Assembly: GCA_965223795.1 (NCBI GenBank)
Contig: CBDCXL010000002.1
Coordinates: forward strand, 2,912,001-2,976,000
Length of the DNA: 64,000 nt
Source of the DNA: Nitrospinales bacterium
Lineage (GTDB): Bacteria; Nitrospinota; Nitrospinia; Nitrospinales; VA-1
Reading direction: 5' to 3'
Positions 1 through 9,768 of this stretch are shown in pieces (the first letter of the stretch is position 1; each line of letters starts with the position of its first letter). Both the position numbers and the translations under genes were made by a program. Below the pieces are notes generated by a model that worked only from the letters and a program-made list of their open reading frames with translations, was not told the origin of the DNA and made no database searches.

Positions 1-512
1 GCCGGGGGAGCGTCGGGCAGGGCGCTGTGGAACGCCACCACGCCTTTCAGGTCCGCGCCGCCGCGCGCCATTTTTAGAGAAACGGCGCCGCCGAAGCAGA
101 AGCCGATCGCGCCGATGCGCGCCGGGTCGACAGTGGGGTGTTCGGAAAGCAGCTTTTTAGCGGCGTTGAACTTGGCCTCGCTGCCCGCCCAGTCCTTGAA
201 GGCGGCGTTCATGAAAGCGCCGGCCTTGTCGGGGTGGTCCGCCAGTTTGCCGTCACCGTACATGTCCAGCGCCAGGGCGGTGTAGCCGAGTTTGGCGAGC
301 ATTTCCGCGCGGTCGCGGGCGTGCTTGTTGTGGCCCCACCATTCGTGGACCACCAGGATTCCGGGCCGTTTGCCCTTGACGGCGGGATCGGTGGCCAGAT
401 AGCCTTTCAGTTTCGCGCCGCCGGCGGAATAGGCGACCTCTTCGGTCTTGATGTCCGCGTGGGCGGCGGTGGTGAGCGTGAGAAACAATGCGATAGAGAT
501 GAGCGTTTTCAT
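1..512 (-). CDS. Dienelactone hydrolase family protein (C-terminus runs off the window edge)
   Basis: Not in the ORF track. Manual translation from ATG at 512 gives MKTLISIALFLTLTTAAHADIKTEEVAY...GILVVHEWWG...ALDMYG...IGAIGFCFGG, with a signal peptide and the GxCxGG nucleophile motif. Confidence 0.9.
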   Translation of the reverse strand, partial: MKTLISIALFLTLTTAAHADIKTEEVAYSAGGAKLKGYLATDPAVKGKRPGILVVHEWWGHNKHARDRAEMLAKLGYTALALDMYGDGKLADHPDKAGAFMNAAFKDWAGSEAKFNAAKKLLSEHPTVDPARIGAIGFCFGGAVSLKMARGGADLKGVVAFHSALPDAPP

Positions 513-777
513 GATCGGGATCCCGGTTTGCGTTAAATGGGTTGATGGATCGAACGTCCGTAGACAACGTGCCAATAAACACCGATCCCATGCCGCGCAA
601 ACCTTTTAAGTACAAGGCCGGGGAATCCAATCCGCACAAGATGCGCAAGACAGGGGATCGCATAAAATAATAGCACAAACCGGCAGGTCCGATCATCCCG
701 GGCTGGGAATCGGGAAAAATGGCGGTATAATTCTTCAATTCAACGGAAAATCCGGTCCCCATTGCAAAGGCGAGCCG

Positions 778-1641
778 ATGGAATGGAAGAACGCAGTCCC
801 GTGGAACGGGCTCGGGATGGAGGTCAGCGGCAAGCTGTCTCCGCGCGAGATGGTGCACCTTTTGAAGCTCGATTTCGAGACGGAGCGGGTGCCGTCGAAC
901 CGGCCCAAATCCTACGCCAACCAGGAGACTTTCCAGTTCTTCAAAGCCTTCTCCGAACATGGCGAGGCGGTGCTTGAGACCATCGGCATCCTGGATGGCG
1001 GCCGCATCCTGTGGGCGCTCGCCGATCTTAAGGCCGGATTCACGCTGCAGGAAGCGGACAGCCTGAAACCCTGTCTGCTTTTCGCCTCGCGCAACGAAAG
1101 CCGGGACCGGGTCGAGGTCCATTTCGTGGCGCTGCGGCCCGCCGCCGGCATCCTGATTCCCGTGGCCTCAAAGGCGCGGACGTCCTTCAAGAACATCTGC
1201 CGCAAGCCGTTCAAGGTGCAGTTCCCCTTCATCTCGCACGACACCAACCGATTCGACGACCTGATGATCAAAAAGACCAGAGAGGCCGTCGCTTTAGGAA
1301 GGGAGGCGCTCGAGGCGTTCGCCGCCGATGCCGAAACGCTGGCGGATAAGACGGTGGATGCGGACACCGCGCGCCGCTACATGCAGGAGGTGTTCCAGGC
1401 GGACGCGGCGGACAAGTCAGCCGACAAGAAAATCCGGACCGCGATCGAAGCCATCGAAAACGCGCCGGGGCAGGATCTGAAACCGGCGCACGGGACGGCC
1501 TGGGGATTGCTGAATGCGGCGGTCTACACGATCGACCATTGCCTCGGCGGCAGCGCCGATGCGCGCCTCAGGCTGGGCTGGTTCGGGCCCAACGCGAAGA
1601 TCAAGAAACGGGCGCTGGAGCTGGCATTAAAACTGGTTTGA
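778..1641 (+). CDS. DUF932 domain protein (phage/plasmid-like family)
   Basis: Motifs LDGGRILWALA, GTAWGLLNA..YTIDH and the C-terminal WFG...K.RALELA are typical of DUF932. Confidence 0.75.
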   Translation: MEWKNAVPWNGLGMEVSGKLSPREMVHLLKLDFETERVPSNRPKSYANQETFQFFKAFSEHGEAVLETIGILDGGRILWALADLKAGFTLQEADSLKPCLLFASRNESRDRVEVHFVALRPAAGILIPVASKARTSFKNICRKPFKVQFPFISHDTNRFDDLMIKKTREAVALGREALEAFAADAETLADKTVDADTARRYMQEVFQADAADKSADKKIRTAIEAIENAPGQDLKPAHGTAWGLLNAAVYTIDHCLGGSADARLRLGWFGPNAKIKKRALELALKLV

Positions 1642-1730
1642 GAGAAAATTCTCCCCTGCCGGGCTCGCTCAATACCGGGAATCCAGTTCGACACGAAGCG
1701 CGGTCATTCCACATTGCAGCCCTGATCCCA

Positions 1731-2240
1731 TCATTTGGCCAGGTGTTCGAAGGAAAAGACATGATGGGTGTTCGATAAGGGGGCGTGACACGCCCGGCAT
1801 GCGTTCAAGTCTTTATCCGCGACAGAGCCGTCGGGTTTGAACGCCGCAAAATCCCAGTCCCCGGTTTTCAACTCATCCGGGCGGCCTTCACCGAAGCCTT
1901 TCTTGCGCTCCATCACACCGATCAAGGCAAACTTGTCTCTGATTCTCCGGTTCAGGACACTTGTGACCACATTGCCGTCCTTGTCTTTTTTGGCTTTGTA
2001 CACTTCCGCGACCAGAATGGATCCGTAGGGCAATTTGCCGTCTTTGTCCGGACCCTGCATGGCTATGTCGTTCGCAAACAAACGGACGGTTTGATCTTCA
2101 TTCTGAATCCGGTCATTGCTGACGTAGTTGGTGAATTTGGTTTTATAGTCCGCTGGAAGTTGAATTTTATTGTCTTTACCGTGTGCTATCGAAAACGTGA
2201 ACAGACCGATCACCACAATTCCCGTTAATACTTTTTTCAT
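1731..2240 (-). CDS. Cytochrome P460 / cytochrome c'-beta family protein
   Basis: Signal peptide from MKKVL (ATG 2240, GGAG upstream), LPYGSILVAE strand, GDWDFAAF and a C-terminal CRACH heme motif followed by HVFS. Confidence 0.85.
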   Translation of the reverse strand: MKKVLTGIVVIGLFTFSIAHGKDNKIQLPADYKTKFTNYVSNDRIQNEDQTVRLFANDIAMQGPDKDGKLPYGSILVAEVYKAKKDKDGNVVTSVLNRRIRDKFALIGVMERKKGFGEGRPDELKTGDWDFAAFKPDGSVADKDLNACRACHAPLSNTHHVFSFEHLAK

Positions 2241-2553
2241 CGTGTTCTCCCTGGATTTTCTCTTTAATTGCAAGTGCTTGTAAAGGCTTGTGTCGAATCC
2301 AATATATCATGAAGGAAAAGCGGGCGCCGCACTTCGTCTCCCGTTCCTGGTTCGAGAATCACATTAAAATAAATTAATCTTAATTTGATTGTATTCCGCG
2401 GCACAAAGCGTACACTGATTTCACCTTCCTCAAGATGATCAGGTTGAGGCAAGGCTTCAAAGCACTGTAAAGGACATCATATTTTCGCCACTCCTTTTTG
2501 GAGTGGTTTTTTTTTGCCCATCGGTTGCCGGGCGGATACTCAAATTGAGGTGA

Positions 2554-2721
2554 ATGATGCATGAGGTCAAGGTTTACAACAGCGCGGGAGTATTAAAAAA
2601 AATCATTTCGGAGAAAAAATTGATCCTCCGGTCGCAAAAGCTGCTGGAAACGCCTTCCATTTTCAAGAGAAAAAAACGAACCGGCAGGTCCTGGCTGAAA
2701 CCGGTTAAAAACCCGGAATGA
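2554..2721 (+). CDS. Small basic hypothetical protein (55 aa)
   Basis: Below the track cutoff. GAGGTG SD directly upstream; MMHEVKVYNSAGVLKKIISEKKLILRSQKLLETPSIFKRKKRTGRSWLKPVKNPE. Confidence 0.55.
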   Translation: MMHEVKVYNSAGVLKKIISEKKLILRSQKLLETPSIFKRKKRTGRSWLKPVKNPE

Positions 2722-2862
2722 CGCGACGCATCCCGGTATTAACCATTTGAGCCTGTTTTTATCGGGCAATCGCTTGCCTCAATCGGGGTGGCCGGACACC
2801 CATCCTTCCTTCCTGCCCGCTCGCCGCGGTTCAACGCCTCACCCATATTGATGGAGAAAACC

Positions 2863-3168
2863 ATGATCCTGGATCGAAACACAAAATTTCTGCTGGCTGC
2901 TTTCACGATCGCGCTCTTGTTGAACGGGCTGAATCCCTGGATCCAGCCTGACACCGTGAATGCGAAGGAAAATATGGCGGTCTCCGAAGGCGGTGCCGAT
3001 GCCAAATGTTCCCCGGCCGTCTCGACTCAGAGCCTCAAAGGTGTGAACGATGTGGAACGGTTGCTGCGATACATCGAATCCTCGGTCAATGACATTCAAT
3101 TGACCGTGAAAGGGATGGACCGGAAGATGAATCAAATCCCCATGTTTAAAAATATCGATCGCAGATAG
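2863..3168 (+). CDS. Hypothetical membrane-anchored/secreted protein
   Basis: GGAG before ATG 2863, N-terminal hydrophobic helix (FLLAAFTIALLL) and a coiled-coil-like C-terminus. Confidence 0.6.
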   Translation: MILDRNTKFLLAAFTIALLLNGLNPWIQPDTVNAKENMAVSEGGADAKCSPAVSTQSLKGVNDVERLLRYIESSVNDIQLTVKGMDRKMNQIPMFKNIDRR

Positions 3169-3264
3169 GGCGAGAAACGGGGCCGGTCTTTAAGGCGCAA
3201 TTTGAACACCGGCGGCCCCGCGATGGACTTGGTGACTATCCCCCCGATGCGTCTCCCTCCTTGC

Positions 3265-3298
3265 AAGGGGGCCGATTGGAATTGCGGCCCCTTTTTTT
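3265..3298. terminator. Probable intrinsic terminator between convergent genes
   Basis: GGGGCCG...CGGCCCC stem followed by a T-run on the + strand. Confidence 0.6.
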
Positions 3299-6200
3299 AC
3301 GAAATGGATTCTTCGCCGCGCCGCCGGTACACGGTTTTATAAAGTGTGGGCAGCACGAACAGGGTGAGGACGGTCGAGGACAGGATGCCGCCGATCACCA
3401 CGGTGGCGAGCGGCCGCTGCACTTCGGCTCCCGTTCCGGTGGCGATGGCCATCGGCAGAAATCCCAGCGAGGCCACCAGCGCGGTCATGATGATGGGGCG
3501 CAGCCGCGTGAGCGCGCCCTGTTCGATCGCCTCGTCCAGAGCCACGCCTTCTTCCTCAAGCTTGCTGATGAACGACACCATCACGATGCCGTTGAGCACC
3601 GCCACGCCGGACAGGGCGATGAACCCCACCGCGGCGGAGATGGAGAGCGGGATGCCGCGCAGCCAGAGCGACAGGAACCCGCCGGTGAGCGCCAGGGGCA
3701 CGCCTGAGAACACCAGCAGCGCGTTTTTGATGGACCCGAACGCACCGAACAGCAGAACCAGGATGAATCCCAGCGCGATCGGCACGACGACCCACAACCG
3801 TTTCCCGGCGGACAGCAGGTGCTCGAACTGGCCGCCCCAGCGGATCCAGTAGCCCGCGGGCAGGGTGATCTTGTCGGCAATGGCGTTCTGCGCCTCGTCC
3901 ACGAACGATCCGAGGTCGCGCCCGCGCACATTGGCGGTGACGACCACGCGCCGCTTGCCGTTTTCCCGGCTGATCTGGTTCGGGCCTTTGGCCAGGTCGA
4001 ACGCCGCAACGGTTTCCAGCGGGACGGTGCGGGTGCGGGCGTCTTTTCCCTTCATGTCCACCGTCGAGACGGAATGGCCCTGTCCCGTGTTTTCCGGAAT
4101 CGGGATGGGAATGCGTTTGAGCAGATTGAGGTTGCTGCGGATGTCCTCGGGCAGGCGCACCAGAAGGTCGAAGCGCCGGTCCCCCTCGTAGACCTGGCCT
4201 GCGGTCCTGCCGCCGATGGCGATCGCCACCACTTCCTGCACGTCGGACACGTTGAGGCCCAATCGGGCCATTTCCATGCGGTCGAGCTTGAGAGACAGGA
4301 TCGGCAGGCCGCTCACCTGTTCCACGCGCACGTCGGAAGCGCCGGGGATCTCCGGCAGCAGGTGCTCGATTTCATCGGCCTTGGCGAGCAGCACGTCGAG
4401 ATCGTCGCCGAAGATCTTGACGGCCACGTCGCTGCGCACGCCGGCGATCAACTCGTTGAAGCGCATCTGGATGGGCTGGGTGATCTCGTACTTGTTGCCC
4501 GGCACCTCTGCCAACTTCTGTTCGATTTTGCGGGTCAGCATCGACTTGGGCATGCCGGGGTCGGCCCACTGCTCGCGCGGCTTCACCATCGCGAACACAT
4601 CGGCGACGCTGGGCGGCATGGGGTCGGTGGCGATGTCGGGCGTGCCGATCTTGGCGAACACGTGGTCGATTTCCGGGATCTCGCGCAGCGTGCTCTCCAG
4701 CGTGTCCTGCATGCGCACGGCCTGCGACAGGCTGGTGCCGGGAACGCGCAGCGCGTGCAGGGCATAGTCGCCCTCGTCCAGCGTGGGCAGAAACTCGCTG
4801 CCCATGCGGGTCGACAGCAGCAGGCTCAAGGCCACCAGGACGGCGGAAAAGGTGATGACGACGGGCCGGTTGCCGAGCGACCAGCGCAGCGCCGGAGCGT
4901 ACAGGGCGCGCAGCCGGTCCATCAGGGTGCTTTCCTTTTCGGTGACGCGGCCGCGGGCGAACTGCGCCATCATCGCGGGGATGAAGGTGATGGACAGGAT
5001 CAGCGCACCGGCCAGGGCGGCCAGCACGGTGAACGCCATCGGCTTGAACATCTTGCCTTCGATGCCGGTCAGGGTGAGGATCGGCAGGTACACCACCATG
5101 ATGATGAACACGCCGAAGATGCTGGGCCGGGAAACCTGGGCGGCGGCTTGGCGCACCACGGCGAAGCGTTCGTCGCGTTTGAGCAGCCGGCCCAGTCGTC
5201 TCTGTTCTTCCGCCAGCCTGCGGCTGCAGTTTTCCACGATGATGACGGCGCCGTCCACGATGATGCCGAAATCGATGGCGCCGAGGCTCAAAAGATTGCC
5301 GCTGATGCGGTTGCTCACCATGCCGGTGACCGCGAACAGCATGGACAACGGGATCACCAGCGCCGTGATGATGGCGGCGCGGATGTTGCCCAAAAGCAGG
5401 AACAGCACGGCGATCACCAGCACCGCGCCTTCCAGCAGGTTGTTGCGCACGGTCTTGAGCGTCGCGTTCACCAGCTTGGTGCGGTCGTACACGGTATGGG
5501 CGGTGATCCCTTCGGGCAGCGTGCGGTTGATCTCCTGCATTTTTTCCGCCACCCGCTGCGAGACGGCGCGGCTGTTTTCCCCTTTCAGCATCAGCACGGT
5601 GCCCAGCACCGTTTCCCTGCCGTTGCGGGTCGCGGCGCCGGTGCGCAGTTCCTTGCCCAGCGCCACTTCGGCCACGTCGCGGACGTACACGGGAACGCCG
5701 CGGTGCGTGCCGATCACGATGCGGCGGATGTCCTCCATGCCCTGCACCTGGCCGGGCGTGCGGATCAGGTACTGCTCGCCGCTGTGCTCGATGTAGCCGG
5801 CCCCCTGATTGTCGTTGTTCGCCGCCAGCGCCTGCATGACCTGCCTGAATGAGATGCCGTAGGCGATCAGTTTCTGGGGATCGGGCGCGACGTGGTACTG
5901 CTTCACGTAGCCGCCGGTGCTGTTGACTTCGGTGACGCCCGGCACGGTCATCAACTGCGGCTTGATGATCCAGTCCTGCACCGTCCTGAGATCCATAGAG
6001 TCCAAATGGGCGTTCTCCGGCGCAGCGGATTTGTCCGGGTCCTTCTCCACCGCCCACATGAAGACCTCGCCGAGGCCGGTGGCGATGGGGCCCATCACCG
6101 GCTCGACTCCAAAAGGCAGCTTCGCTTTCACTTCCTGCAGGCGCTGGCTGACCAATTGCCTGGCGAAATAGATGTCGGTGTCGTCCTCGAAGATGGCCGT

Positions 6201-6479
6201 GACCTGGGACAGGCCGTAGCGCGAGAGCGAGCGGACATGCGCCAGTCTGGGCAGTCCCGCGATGACGGTTTCGACGGGAAAAGTGATGCGCTGCTCGACT
6301 TCCTGCGGCGTGAACCCCGGCGCTTCGGCATTGATCTGCACCTGCACGTTGGTGATGTCCGGCACGGCGTCGATGGGAAGGACGTTGAAATTGTAGATTC
6401 CCAGAAGAGCGACCGCCAGTGTGGCGAGGATCACGAAGACCCGCTGCCTGATCGAGACATGGATTATTTTTTCCAGCAT
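3297..6479 (-). CDS. czcA: Heavy-metal efflux RND permease, CzcA/CusA family
   Basis: 1060 aa; IDAVPDITNVQVQIN, GAIDFGIIVDGAVIIVEN and RLRPIIMTALVASLGFLPMA motifs. Confidence 0.95.
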   Translation of the reverse strand: MLEKIIHVSIRQRVFVILATLAVALLGIYNFNVLPIDAVPDITNVQVQINAEAPGFTPQEVEQRITFPVETVIAGLPRLAHVRSLSRYGLSQVTAIFEDDTDIYFARQLVSQRLQEVKAKLPFGVEPVMGPIATGLGEVFMWAVEKDPDKSAAPENAHLDSMDLRTVQDWIIKPQLMTVPGVTEVNSTGGYVKQYHVAPDPQKLIAYGISFRQVMQALAANNDNQGAGYIEHSGEQYLIRTPGQVQGMEDIRRIVIGTHRGVPVYVRDVAEVALGKELRTGAATRNGRETVLGTVLMLKGENSRAVSQRVAEKMQEINRTLPEGITAHTVYDRTKLVNATLKTVRNNLLEGAVLVIAVLFLLLGNIRAAIITALVIPLSMLFAVTGMVSNRISGNLLSLGAIDFGIIVDGAVIIVENCSRRLAEEQRRLGRLLKRDERFAVVRQAAAQVSRPSIFGVFIIMVVYLPILTLTGIEGKMFKPMAFTVLAALAGALILSITFIPAMMAQFARGRVTEKESTLMDRLRALYAPALRWSLGNRPVVITFSAVLVALSLLLSTRMGSEFLPTLDEGDYALHALRVPGTSLSQAVRMQDTLESTLREIPEIDHVFAKIGTPDIATDPMPPSVADVFAMVKPREQWADPGMPKSMLTRKIEQKLAEVPGNKYEITQPIQMRFNELIAGVRSDVAVKIFGDDLDVLLAKADEIEHLLPEIPGASDVRVEQVSGLPILSLKLDRMEMARLGLNVSDVQEVVAIAIGGRTAGQVYEGDRRFDLLVRLPEDIRSNLNLLKRIPIPIPENTGQGHSVSTVDMKGKDARTRTVPLETVAAFDLAKGPNQISRENGKRRVVVTANVRGRDLGSFVDEAQNAIADKITLPAGYWIRWGGQFEHLLSAGKRLWVVVPIALGFILVLLFGAFGSIKNALLVFSGVPLALTGGFLSLWLRGIPLSISAAVGFIALSGVAVLNGIVMVSFISKLEEEGVALDEAIEQGALTRLRPIIMTALVASLGFLPMAIATGTGAEVQRPLATVVIGGILSSTVLTLFVLPTLYKTVYRRRGEESIS

Positions 6480-6491
6480 GACCGTGTCACC

Positions 6492-8333
6492 TCAATGGGA
6501 ATGCGCCGCGCCCGATTTTTCGATTTCCGCCTTCACCGCGAAACTGTTGACCGCCGCGTAGACCTCGCCTTCGGTCAGCCCCTTAAGCACTTCCACGTGG
6601 GTGCCGTCGTTCTCGCCGAGTTCGAGCGGCCGCGCTTCGAACTGGTTGCCGTAGCGGACGAACACCACCGACCAGCCGCGCATCGTCTGCACGGCATCGG
6701 CGCGCACCGCCACGGGCGCTTCGCGGTCCTTAAGAACCAGCTCGACCGTCACGAAGGTGCCCGGCCGCCAGGACCGGTCGGCGTTGGAAATGACGACGCG
6801 CGCGGTCACGGTGCGGGTGTTCTCCTCGATGATGGAACCGAGAAAGGTCAGTGTACCCTCGGCTTCCTTGTCCAGGTGCTCGCCGCGGACTTTCACGCGC
6901 TGGCCCAGGCGCACGTTTTTGACTTCCCTCGCGGGGATGTCGATGTTCACCCAGACGTCGGTCAGGTCGGCGAGCAGGAAGATGTCGTCGTCCTTTTTCA
7001 CCGCTTCGCCGGTGGTCAGGTGTTTTTTGATGACGGTGCCCTTGAGCGTGGAGCGCAGCTCGTACTCAGTGAATTTCTGTCCGCGCTCGTTCGCGAGCCC
7101 TTTGATCTGGCGCCGGCTGAGCCCCAGGGCCAGCAGCTTCTGGGTTGCGGTCTGCAGATTGAGGGATTCCATCTCGGCGTTTTTGGTCTTCTGCCTGAGT
7201 CCCCAATCGCCGTCGTAGGCGATCTTTTCGCGCAGAGCCAGGTAGGTCGCCTCAGCGCTCTTGACATTTTCCAGAGCCTGCAGGTATTCCGATTCGGAGG
7301 AGATGCCTTTATCGAACAGCCGTTTTTCACGCTGGTGCACCGACCGGGCGAGCTGCACCCTGGCGTAGGCCGGGAGCAGCCGCTCGCGGTTTTCACCAAT
7401 GGCGAGATCCTTGAGCCGGGCGTAGATGGCGTCGATTTCCAGCTTCTGCTCCAGAAGATCGAGCATCTGCCTGGTGTTTTCGTAAATGAGTTTTTCCCGT
7501 TTGAGGTCGGCCTGGATGAGTTCGCTCTGCTTGACCGCGGCGAGGTAGTTGATCTTCGCGTCCGCCAGTTCGCGGCTTTCCAGTACGGCGATCAGTTCGC
7601 CTTTTTTCACCTGATCGCCCATGTCCTTGAACACTTTCTTCACGACGCCGTCCAGACGCGGAACGATGTGAACCACCTTTTCTTCGTTGAGGGCGATCTC
7701 CCCGGTCAGGCGCAGCACGTCCTGCAGCCGGGCGGGCCCGGCGGAGTCCAGCTCGATGCCCGCGGCCCTGAGAGACGCTTCGGTGAATTCCGCCCGCGCT
7801 TCGATCTGGGAAAATTCCCAGTCGTAGGTGCTGCCTTTCCAGTGCGCCTGGACTTTTGCGACGAAGGAATGCGGTTCATAGACCTCCTGGTCCCCCAAAA
7901 GATAATCGCCCGCGGGCTGAAAGCCGATGACGTCGGTGCGGCCCAGACGGTGCAGCTCGATTTTCAGGAGAACCTCGGCGGGATCGATCGGTTCGCCCGA
8001 GGCGCGGCTCACGTACACGCGAAACTGCGGCGGCACGCCGGTTTCGTAAATCGTGACCTCGGTCTGAAAGCCGCGCGAGGAAAACAGCCAGCCGCCATGC
8101 GGTCCTCTCGGCACTTCCTTCTCATCGCCCGCGTGCCCGGACGCATCGGCAGGGTCGTGACCGGATTCGCCGTCATGGGAATAGCCGGAGTCATCGGCAT
8201 GAGAATCGCCGGACTCGTGCGAGTGGGAATGGCTCTCGCCGGACATCCGCGGCTCCAGGGTCCAGATGACGCCGGCGATCAGCGCTCCGGCGATGAGGAT
8301 GGCGATCACGGGCCGGGAAAAGAAGCCGTTCAT
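6492..8333 (-). CDS. czcB: Heavy-metal RND periplasmic adaptor, CzcB-like, with His-rich N-terminal extension
   Basis: N-terminal TM, SHSHSHESGDSH tract, GPHGG domain, membrane-fusion motifs and C-terminal KSGAAHSH. Confidence 0.9.
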   Translation of the reverse strand: MNGFFSRPVIAILIAGALIAGVIWTLEPRMSGESHSHSHESGDSHADDSGYSHDGESGHDPADASGHAGDEKEVPRGPHGGWLFSSRGFQTEVTIYETGVPPQFRVYVSRASGEPIDPAEVLLKIELHRLGRTDVIGFQPAGDYLLGDQEVYEPHSFVAKVQAHWKGSTYDWEFSQIEARAEFTEASLRAAGIELDSAGPARLQDVLRLTGEIALNEEKVVHIVPRLDGVVKKVFKDMGDQVKKGELIAVLESRELADAKINYLAAVKQSELIQADLKREKLIYENTRQMLDLLEQKLEIDAIYARLKDLAIGENRERLLPAYARVQLARSVHQREKRLFDKGISSESEYLQALENVKSAEATYLALREKIAYDGDWGLRQKTKNAEMESLNLQTATQKLLALGLSRRQIKGLANERGQKFTEYELRSTLKGTVIKKHLTTGEAVKKDDDIFLLADLTDVWVNIDIPAREVKNVRLGQRVKVRGEHLDKEAEGTLTFLGSIIEENTRTVTARVVISNADRSWRPGTFVTVELVLKDREAPVAVRADAVQTMRGWSVVFVRYGNQFEARPLELGENDGTHVEVLKGLTEGEVYAAVNSFAVKAEIEKSGAAHSH

Positions 8334-9628
8334 CGCGCACCGCCTTGGATCTCCTGCTGGAGATTCGATTGCAGAGGCACTGCCGTCAGGCGTTCCACCT
8401 CGGCCACCGCCTTGTGGTGATCGGCCAGCGCTTCGAGATACTGCTCCTGTGACTTGAACAGGGTTTTCTGACTGTCGAGCACGTCGAGCAGGGAGAATTT
8501 GCCGAACCGGTATCCTTCGCTCACACCGTCAAAAGCCCTCTGCGCACCGGGCAGGATGCTTTTTTTAATGGCGGTCACCTGCGCATGGGAAAAGGACAAC
8601 CGGTGGAATGCCTGGGTCAACGCGTTTTTGGTTTTCAATTCCGCCGCGCGCCGTTCCTCCCGGGCTTTGAGCATTTCATTGCGGGCGCGGGCGATGCCGC
8701 CTTGGTTGCGGTTGAACAACTGCAGCGGCAGCGACAGACCGAGCACCAGCGCGTTGTCGTCGGTTGCTTCCAGGCGGCGGTAGCCGCCTTTGACTTCCAG
8801 GTCGGGAATCCTTCGGGCCTGCTCCAGATCCAGCACCGCCTGACGCTTCTGCTGTTCGGTCTGCCAGCGGGCGAGGTCGGGATTTAAAATCGCATTGGCC
8901 TTGAGCTGCTTTAAGGATGGGATCGGGGAAATGGAATAAAGATCCCCCACCACGGTGCCGAACGACGGCTCGAGCTCTCCGAGATTGAGGGCCAGTTTGC
9001 GGCGTGAGGATTCCAGGTCCAGCCGCACCCGTTCGCGCGCGACCCGGCTGGACGCGACAATGACTTCGCCTTTGGTCTTTTCAATGCGCGGGACCTTGCC
9101 CGCCTCGATCCGTTCGGAAACCACCAGCAGGAACCGCTCTTCCAGCCGGGAAATCTCGTCCGCCAGGGACAACCGGTGCTGATCTTTCAGCACGTCCACA
9201 AAGGATTTAGTGACCTGCGCCAGAACGTCCAGCTTTTTGCTTTCGTAATTCCATTCGGAAAGCTCCTGCGACAGGGCTCCCGATTTTTTACGGGCGCTCC
9301 GCTTGCCGCCCAGTTCGATGAGCTGGCTGAGCTGAATGGTGGTTTCGACACTGTCGGAGGGACCTATGTTCTCAACGTCGACACCCAGTTTCGGGTTGGG
9401 TAGCAGCCCGGCCTGCAGGGCCTCGGCTTCCTTCACCCGCCGGGCATGGGAAAACGCACCCAGTTCCGGGTTTTTGACGAGGGCCTGCTCGACCGCCTGC
9501 GCCAGTGTGAGAGGCCGGTCGATTTTGTTCTCGATTTTTATTTTTCCTTCCTGTTGCGCCCAGCCGTTCGAGGCCCACAAAGCCCAAAACGAAAACGCCA
9601 ACGGAAAGAAGCGCATCGCTCGTTTCAT
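8330..9628 (-). CDS. czcC: TolC-family outer membrane factor, CzcC-like
   Basis: QAGLLPNP, SLPLQLFNRNQG and YRFGKFSLLDVLDSQ motifs. Start placed at ATG 9628 because GGAGA lies 5 nt upstream; the in-frame ATG at 9640 is an alternative. Confidence 0.9.
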   Translation of the reverse strand: MKRAMRFFPLAFSFWALWASNGWAQQEGKIKIENKIDRPLTLAQAVEQALVKNPELGAFSHARRVKEAEALQAGLLPNPKLGVDVENIGPSDSVETTIQLSQLIELGGKRSARKKSGALSQELSEWNYESKKLDVLAQVTKSFVDVLKDQHRLSLADEISRLEERFLLVVSERIEAGKVPRIEKTKGEVIVASSRVARERVRLDLESSRRKLALNLGELEPSFGTVVGDLYSISPIPSLKQLKANAILNPDLARWQTEQQKRQAVLDLEQARRIPDLEVKGGYRRLEATDDNALVLGLSLPLQLFNRNQGGIARARNEMLKAREERRAAELKTKNALTQAFHRLSFSHAQVTAIKKSILPGAQRAFDGVSEGYRFGKFSLLDVLDSQKTLFKSQEQYLEALADHHKAVAEVERLTAVPLQSNLQQEIQGGAR

Positions 9629-9768
9629 ATCCGTCTCCATAGAAGGGCGAACGAAATCGCGCCTTCAAAGGATGTTCCAACGCGCACGCGTCAAACAGCG
9701 TCGTGACACGGAACTCACACGCGTGCCGTCTTTAAGGTGATGGGGAGATTAGTAATTCAAACGAGCGA
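9616..9768 (-). promoter_or_regulatory. Predicted nested mRNA hairpin covering the czcC SD and first codons
   Basis: Four nested complementary pairs: 9759-9768/9616-9625 (10 bp), 9744-9748/9634-9638 (the GGAGA SD), 9730-9737/9662-9670 (one bulge) and 9719-9726/9684-9691 (8 bp). Confidence 0.65.

Noticed and set aside
138..1122. Track ORFs 138-536 (+) and 253-1122 (-)
   Set aside because: They overlap the dienelactone hydrolase and DUF932 genes in other frames and have no recognisable content.
3819..8420. Very long opposite-strand ORFs (677 and 842 aa) over czcA/czcB, and similar ones over other genes such as 36738-38801
   Set aside because: Antisense shadows expected in high-GC coding DNA; they have no motifs, and the other strand carries clear family signatures.
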